Assembly: GCA_051294905.1 (NCBI GenBank)
Contig: CM119375.1
Coordinates: forward strand, 3,782,001 to 3,846,000
Direction of reading: 5' to 3'
Origin: Botryllus schlosseri
Lineage: Eukaryota
Length of the DNA: 64,000 nt
Shown in pieces: positions 61,501-64,000 of this stretch. Under the pieces are notes generated by a model. It was not told the origin of the DNA, did no database searches, and saw nothing but the letters and a program-made list of their open reading frames with translations. Made by a program: the position numbers and the translations under genes. Each line of letters begins with the position of its first letter. Within the stretch, counting starts at the first letter, position 1.

Positions 61501-64000
61501 TTTCGTTGCCGATAAAAGATGCCTCTTCGAATTCAGAAAATGTCCTGGGATAGTCTGTTGGTAGATATTCGTCGTCCGCTGTGTCACAATCGAAAGTACC
61601 GGTGGTAAAGCTGGCAAAAGGTGATCCGACAGTATCTCCGGGTGACCAAGCTCTGGAACTGGGGTTTGGCGATACCGTAATATGTTCATTTCTAGCGTCG
61701 GCGGTGTTTTCGTTGGAATGTACGCTATTCGTCAACTCATCGGGCACAGGAGTGTTACTGAGTGTGCGATTCGGGTCGGGCCGTGGCATTAAGTCACTGG
61801 TAGGTCGTGGGTGATCAACCGATGCGTAGTCCAATCCACTGTAATTATTTTGTAGGATAGCAGTAGCACGATTAACTCCCAGAATTGCCTCCAAATTGCT
61901 TAATGTTGAGTTTACCTCTGTGCAAAGAGTAAGAGCATCAGCCAAGGCTTCATGACATGAAATAACACCAGAGAGGTCGCGTTTCTCTGACACAGCTTCA
62001 TTTCCTTTCTCCCCTATGTGTTCTGTGTGCTCTCTATTCAATCTCACCACCGAACTCTCAAGCTCACATTCAGCGATACCGGTCTCCGTATTCGGTTGTT
62101 TTACAAATAAAACAGATTCCTTACTGGTATGTTTTGAATTGGTTTCAGATGCCGTGATATCGATTTCAGTGGGATCGACAATGTCCGAGGCCTCCAGGCC
62201 ACCCGCATTCGATATCCATTGCTTGTATCCAAGAACTTGGTCAAATTCGAAAGACGTGATAGATTTCTCTCGATCCGTTGCCTTTGACGGATGACCTAGA
62301 TCGATTTGCTGGTGTTCAGATGAATATGTGGAGGAGATCATGTCGTCAAATGTCGGAATGGATCCTTTGTCGATACGGTTTTCTGGGTTGGGGATTATTT
62401 TGGACGATTTGCCTGAATCGGCATTGTCCTTCTCATGAGCAATCGAACGGACCCCACATATCTCCCCATAGTCGGGATCAGGTAAAGGGTAGGAAAATGA
62501 CGGAAATGACGATAAGATACCCGTATCTGAACCTTCGCCATCACTTTTCCTTGACCAGGTAGATAGCTCATCATCGATGGAAATACTTCCGGCAAAAATA
62601 TCGTATGCAGTAACATGAGCGAACATAAGTGGCGCCTGTTGAACGGGGGTCAACCTATGCAGAATATATTCTGGAAGCCTGAATGGTTTTTCAATACCGT
62701 CCATTTCACACCAGCTAGCTCTTGACGCATAATCGTAACTCCTTGGTAATGACGCAGATCTGGTTACACTTTTCAAACTAGATCGTTCATTAGTTAAACT
62801 ACGACCGTCGACGCTTGACGCGCGCCTTGTAAGCCTATGATTTGGACCTTTCGAAAGGCATGGATTCCCGGACAGAACTATACTTGCGTGGGATTGATAT
62901 AACGTCCGCATCGCGGGTTTGTCTTCACGTGTCCTGGAGCGGCCTTGACGCTGCGTAAGACTAGTTGTTTTATCTTCGGGGGATATTCTAGATATCTTGC
63001 TGCTACTAGGTGTATCAACGTTATTATTTACTCTACAGCGCTCAATGCGTTCGCAGTCATTAGCAGATGTCGCTTTCGTTGTCGATTCCAACAGTTTGCG
63101 GTTTATACGCAGAGCTGGCCTTTTGCGCTGGCGGTTCGTGAACTGTGGATTACGTACCTGGCCTGTAAATGAAAAAGCTTTATAAATCTCCCTGAATTCC
63201 GTGGCTGATATCTTTACCTCACTTAGTGCAGCAACATTCCACCGTGCGTCACTCAACAAACTCATGCACGGCATACTGCAAATGCGATGTTAGTTTTTAT
63301 ATTTAAAAAAAAACGACACACATACACACACATGTCATGTGCTGAACCCAAGCTGAAAACTTTGATCTTAAACGTCGTCCCTTTATACTTCCACGATTTC
63401 AGGCTCAAATTGTCGAAGGCACTCACGTAATAGACATTCCTTCTCTTTACACTTACAGAGCTACATTCAATTCCAAACATGTATTTTTTCCAATAAGTAG
63501 GATTCAAACGGTAGCCTACCGTCAACCAGAACTTTGTATGCCATGACAGGCTGTATGGCTTCATGGATTTATTAGGGATTAGGACAATAAAGTGTATGTA
63601 AAGTGTAATATACGGAAATATCAAAGACATAAAGTATAGGAGTAACAAGATGCAAAAAATTGTATGGATCGTTATTCAACCTCATGCTTTTTCAAAACGC
63701 GTGACAAAATGAGAGAAAATTCGTGCAGAACAATACAAAATATCGATATTTCGCGAACTTGATCGCAATCATACATAATATACAAATGAAAACGAAGCAA
63801 AACAATCAATGTAGTTGAACATTGACTTCACTCATGCAATGCAGTGTTGTGTCAAAAATACAAACATCGCTCACATCTCACCTTCGCAAGGCAGTACCGT
63901 GACTTTGGAAGTGCTAGACGCGTCGCCGGCAATATTTAACGCAGAAAATGTATACACCCCCGAATCGGCCGCGGTGGGACTTTTAATTGTCATGGAGAAC
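1..64000 (-). CDS. TTN: Titin/connectin orthologue, multi-exon, partial (I-band through I/A junction to start of A-band D-zone)
   Basis: Dozens of minus-strand exons encoding I-set Ig (W..G..L / D.G.Y.C) and Fn3 (PP..DGGS.I..Y / Y.FRV.AEN..G) domains joined by phase-consistent GT-AG introns; N2A motif and I/A domain pattern match vertebrate titin. Confidence 0.95.
2416..2701. mobile_element. Palindromic MITE-like element (family A), full hairpin copy
   Basis: About 110-bp arm 2421-2531 is a near-perfect reverse complement of 2586-2696. Confidence 0.85.
2750..3329 (+). mobile_element. hAT-type non-autonomous element with internal GACTCGA(GT) repeats, copy 1
   Basis: Ends CAGGGTTGTAA...TTACAACCCTG; perfect 8-bp TSD CTGGAAAT (2742-2749 / 3330-3337). 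Confidence 0.9.
7656..20290 (-). CDS. TTN: I/A junction: Ig-Fn3-Fn3-Fn3-Ig-Fn3-Fn3-Ig-Fn3x6 (14 domains)
   Basis: Exons 19023-19188, 18781-18965, 18374-18488, 18175-18316, 16272-16438, 15662-15973, 14872-15165, 14362-14513, 14047-14296, 13791-13988, 13111-13310, 12904-13018, 12192-12394, 11628-11932, 10914-11028, 10645-10850, 9859-10096, 9150-9285, 8904-9091, 8683-8797, 7656-7958. Confidence 0.9.
10321..10545. mobile_element. Family A copy (diverged)
   Basis: aatatattcatattgaaatgaaccggaatat...ctgacactcgtca...gcaactagtagagaatt matches the 2421 arm. Confidence 0.75.
12023..12150. mobile_element. Family A half copy
   Basis: caattgaataatatattcatattgaaat...tcaggagtaat...aactagta...atatgacgtcac. 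Confidence 0.7.
13351..13580. mobile_element. Family A copy (decayed)
   Basis: gaatagtatattcatattgaaat start; tagttgctga reverse-arm remnant. Confidence 0.55.
15381..15560. repeat. Intronic tandem duplication of an about 80-bp unit, preceded by (AAATT)n
   Basis: gatatt.atgtattaga...gcaactagg...ttcata.agcattttaaa occurs twice. Confidence 0.55.
16480..16690. mobile_element. Family A copy
   Basis: ctcttggaggta..gaactt...caattgaataatatattgatattgaaat...ggcactcgacagg...gtcaacaatcg. Confidence 0.65.
17165..18037. mobile_element. TIR DNA element (CAGGGCCGTA...TACGGTCCTG), non-autonomous
   Basis: Short imperfect TIRs; flanks tagtggggaa / tggtggggaa (9 of 10 identical). Confidence 0.6.
19660..19880. 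mobile_element. Family A copy
   Basis: aatattttcagctgacactcgtc...aactagtaaagaatt...gaggcgaacagat. Confidence 0.7.
20290..34438 (-). CDS. TTN: Distal tandem Ig segment, about 18 Ig domains (exons incl. 34328-34438, 33909-34066, 33475-33716, 33294-33417, 32400-32665, 30984-31152, 30535-30682, 29330-29715, 28374-28643, 27751-27864, 27539-27691, 27237-27378, 27051-27175, 26608-26807, 26391-26548, 26054-26238, 24742-25005, 24460-24682, 23634-23968, 22979-23334, 22378-22509, 21645-21905, 20168-20617)
   Basis: Repeated F.K.L.D..V.E...A.FECE / W.K.G / R.L.I / D...Y.C motifs; splice phases checked. Confidence 0.9.
21058..21565. mobile_element. TTAA-flanked hairpin MITE, Kolobok-like (AGGG...CCCT ends)
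   Basis: TTAA at 21054-21057 and 21566-21569; about 190-bp inverted arms (21058-21247 vs 21375-21565). Confidence 0.85.
22658..22770. mobile_element. Family A half copy
   Basis: cagctgacacttgtcagg...gtcagtaactag...gtatgtcaaca. Confidence 0.6.
24335..24440. mobile_element. Family A half copy
   Basis: aatatattcatactgaaataaatccgaatattttaggctgacactcatcagg. Confidence 0.7.
26925..27030. mobile_element. Family A internally deleted copy
   Basis: tagtatattcatattgaaa...tgtcagccgaatat. Confidence 0.5.
27953..28318. mobile_element. Family A, second full hairpin copy (diverged)
   Basis: Forward arm about 27953-28075; reverse arm about 28210-28318 (ctagttgctgacgat...tgtcagccgaaaatatt...tttcaatatg). 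Confidence 0.75.
29816..30014. mobile_element. hAT/Tip100-like MITE end fragment
   Basis: AGGACA-rich subterminal motifs and terminal GGTAACCCTA; no TSD found. Confidence 0.35.
30745..30860. mobile_element. Family A half copy, reverse orientation
   Basis: gttgatataca...ttcaattttctactagttg matches the reverse arm at 2586-2640. Confidence 0.6.
31381..31515 (-). mobile_element. tRNA-derived SINE (head plus body)
   Basis: Minus strand has box A TAGTGTAATGG and box B GGTTCAATCCC, followed by GGGTCAGACCAAAGACC...CCTGGCGCTCAGCATTA; no closing tRNA acceptor stem. Confidence 0.7.
31716..32225 (+). mobile_element. hAT-type GACTCGA-repeat element, copy 2
   Basis: CAGGGATGTAA...TTACAACCCTG; perfect TSD GTGAGTAG (31708-31715 / 32226-32233). 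Confidence 0.9.
32870..32980. mobile_element. Family A half copy, reverse orientation
   Basis: aaaatatttaggtttat...tactattcaattgcatattgaaatttgtacctc matches 2660-2725. Confidence 0.6.
34515..35227 (-). CDS. TTN: Non-Ig Ser/Thr-rich insert (exons 35104-35227 and 34515-34808; possible microexon 34895-34903)
   Basis: EDGGDATKTGTS...NLSE (phase 1-2) then YQAIAAAEIT...VLSTTTSTSVIQ...DSVTKVT (phase 2-2), joining in frame to the next Ig exon at 34438. Confidence 0.7.
35423..43371 (-). CDS. TTN: About six tandem Ig domains (exons 43093-43371, 42169-42435, 38237-38524, 37194-37324, 36995-37130, 36693-36838, 35844-36060, 35567-35760, 35423-35507)
   Basis: Ig motifs in ORFs 43031, 42143, 38202, 36897, 35803, 35549; phase-consistent splice sites. 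Confidence 0.85.
37548..38082 (+). mobile_element. hAT-type GACTCGA-repeat element, copy 3
   Basis: CAGGATTGTAA...TTACAACCCTG; perfect TSD GTTATTAG (37540-37547 / 38083-38090). Confidence 0.9.
38683..41698. mobile_element. 3.0-kb TIR DNA transposon (hAT or P superfamily), apparently without an intact transposase
   Basis: Perfect 32-bp TIR CAGGGATATATAGAACTCCGGGATGGCTGACT; perfect 8-bp TSD ATACCAAT (38675-38682 / 41699-41706). Confidence 0.9.
40806..41230. mobile_element. Inverted-repeat-bounded segment nested in the 3-kb element
   Basis: ccatgg...gg.tgcatttaaaa.aaac at 40806-40835 is mirrored at about 41190-41230. Confidence 0.45.
44000..47521 (-). CDS. TTN: Giant PEVK-analogous exon (3522 nt, 1174 codons, phase 1-1) with a 42-aa tandem repeat array
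   Basis: ORF 43809..47534; acceptor ttcttcaag before 47521; likely donor GTAGGT after 44000; K/E/S/T/P/Q/V-rich. Confidence 0.85.
44960..47090 (-). repeat. Coding tandem repeat, about 18 units of about 126 nt (consensus like VTSKSEITKTDLKEPAEPKSAQPVKVEPQVKTQASKSSAQTK)
   Basis: Units counted in the translation; recurring plus-strand motifs gatttcagattt, gacttgcttgcttgagttttaac. Confidence 0.9.
47614..50306 (-). CDS. TTN: N2A element: linker + I80-like Ig, UN2A unique sequence, I81-like Ig (exons 50163-50306, 49426-49606, 48931-49029, 48706-48868, 47915-48105, 47614-47777)
   Basis: W.KGKWR motif in the first Ig; ALKKTP...EEE...VDPKEYEKYARNYGITDYRQLL; ETVKVIKDIED...YKGNEKLSPSDK...YRIVAGPH; all closely resemble recalled vertebrate I80-UN2A-I81. 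Confidence 0.9.
50920..53512 (-). CDS. TTN: One Ig domain in two exons (53394-53512, 50920-51088)
   Basis: IAPEFVTRP...KIKGIPKPEIYWEKE joined in phase 0 to GKKLQPSGRVKTF...GDAGTYDCVAENSAG. Confidence 0.85.
51632..53151. mobile_element. 1.5-kb hAT-type non-autonomous element with (TAATTG)n subterminal arrays
   Basis: TIR CAGAGTTGGATCAATT; perfect TSD CTGTGAAA (51624-51631 / 53152-53159); gtaatt repeats at both ends. Confidence 0.9.
54938..57076 (-). CDS. TTN: One Ig domain in three small exons (57009-57076, 55223-55362, 54938-55014)
   Basis: Manual splicing gives DKVEAPNFTKKL...VRLHCQLTGSSPIQITWSKDG...SDSGEYSVMAKNKKGVATCSAYLTVE; not in the ORF track. Confidence 0.85.
55506..56811. mobile_element. 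hAT (Charlie-like) non-autonomous element
   Basis: CAGACCTGGGCAA...TTGCCCACCCCTG; CGGCCCGC subterminal motifs; TSD gattagta / gagtagtg (6 of 8, central TA). Confidence 0.75.
56243..56525. mobile_element. Small hAT MITE nested in the 55506-56811 element
   Basis: caatggttctcgaact ... agtttgagaaccactg TIR pair (14 of 17 match); TSD not conserved. Confidence 0.55.
58133..59289 (-). CDS. TTN: Exon with about 200 aa unique sequence, one Ig domain (PPRFMKPVCDC...HSGVYSCIAEN) and a tail; ends at a weak donor (58210 or 58240) or at the 58133 stop
   Basis: ORF 58133..59275; acceptor ctgtctcag before 59289 (phase 1). Confidence 0.8.
59504..59509 (-). terminator. Candidate polyadenylation signal AATAAA
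   Basis: Plus-strand TTTATT about 140 nt downstream of the 59651 stop in the direction of transcription. Confidence 0.5.
59651..63162 (-). CDS. TTN: Large unique-sequence exon (about 1170 aa, Ser/Asp/Glu-rich) ending in one Ig domain and a stop codon; candidate alternative terminal exon
   Basis: ORF 59651..63274; acceptor tttcatttacag before 63162 (phase 1, matches upstream donor); C-terminal PPKF...WYKDG...DEGVYICKA Ig; TGA ending at 59651. Confidence 0.8.
63882..64000 (-). CDS. TTN: Ig domain C-terminal half (partial exon): FSMTIKSPTAADSGVYTFSALNIAGDASSTSKVTVLPCE
   Basis: Manual translation shows DSGVY..A.N..G Ig motif; phase-1 donor GTGAGA follows 63882. Confidence 0.85.

Noticed and set aside
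63262-63648. 128-aa minus-strand ORF
   Set aside because: Intronic, AT-rich, hydrophobic-biased, with no domain features or usable splice sites.
1-64000. Identity as twitchin, projectin, obscurin or MyBP-C
   Set aside because: The UN2A motif, long tandem Ig run and Ig-Fn3x3-Ig-Fn3x2-Ig-Fn3x6 junction are titin features.

Overview
Eukaryotic, AT-rich, intron-containing genomic DNA. The whole 64 kb window lies inside one minus-strand titin/connectin (TTN-orthologous) gene, partial at both ends; roughly 75 exons can be spliced by hand using GT-AG sites and consistent phases. In transcription order (64000 to 1): an Ig C-terminal half; a 3.5-kb unique-sequence exon ending in Ig, stop codon and AATAAA (candidate novex-3-like short-isoform end); a 1.1-kb unique+Ig exon; two Ig domains; an N2A element (I80-UN2A-I81) with the VDPKEYEKYAR-YGITD motif; a 3.5-kb skippable exon of about 18 42-aa K/E/S/T/P/Q-rich repeats; about 24 tandem Ig domains interrupted by a Ser/Thr-rich insert and a possible 9-nt microexon; an I/A junction Ig-Fn3x3-Ig-Fn3x2-Ig-Fn3x6; and the first D-zone super-repeat. 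Many 56-63-nt introns plus this chordate-type architecture suggest an invertebrate chordate, possibly a tunicate (inference, not verified). Introns carry many DNA transposon derivatives (several with perfect 8-bp TSDs, a TTAA-flanked hairpin MITE, a multi-copy palindromic family) and a tRNA-derived SINE. No prokaryotic systems, CRISPR arrays or rRNA genes are present. Comparisons with human titin are from recalled sequence and architecture and need confirmation by alignment.
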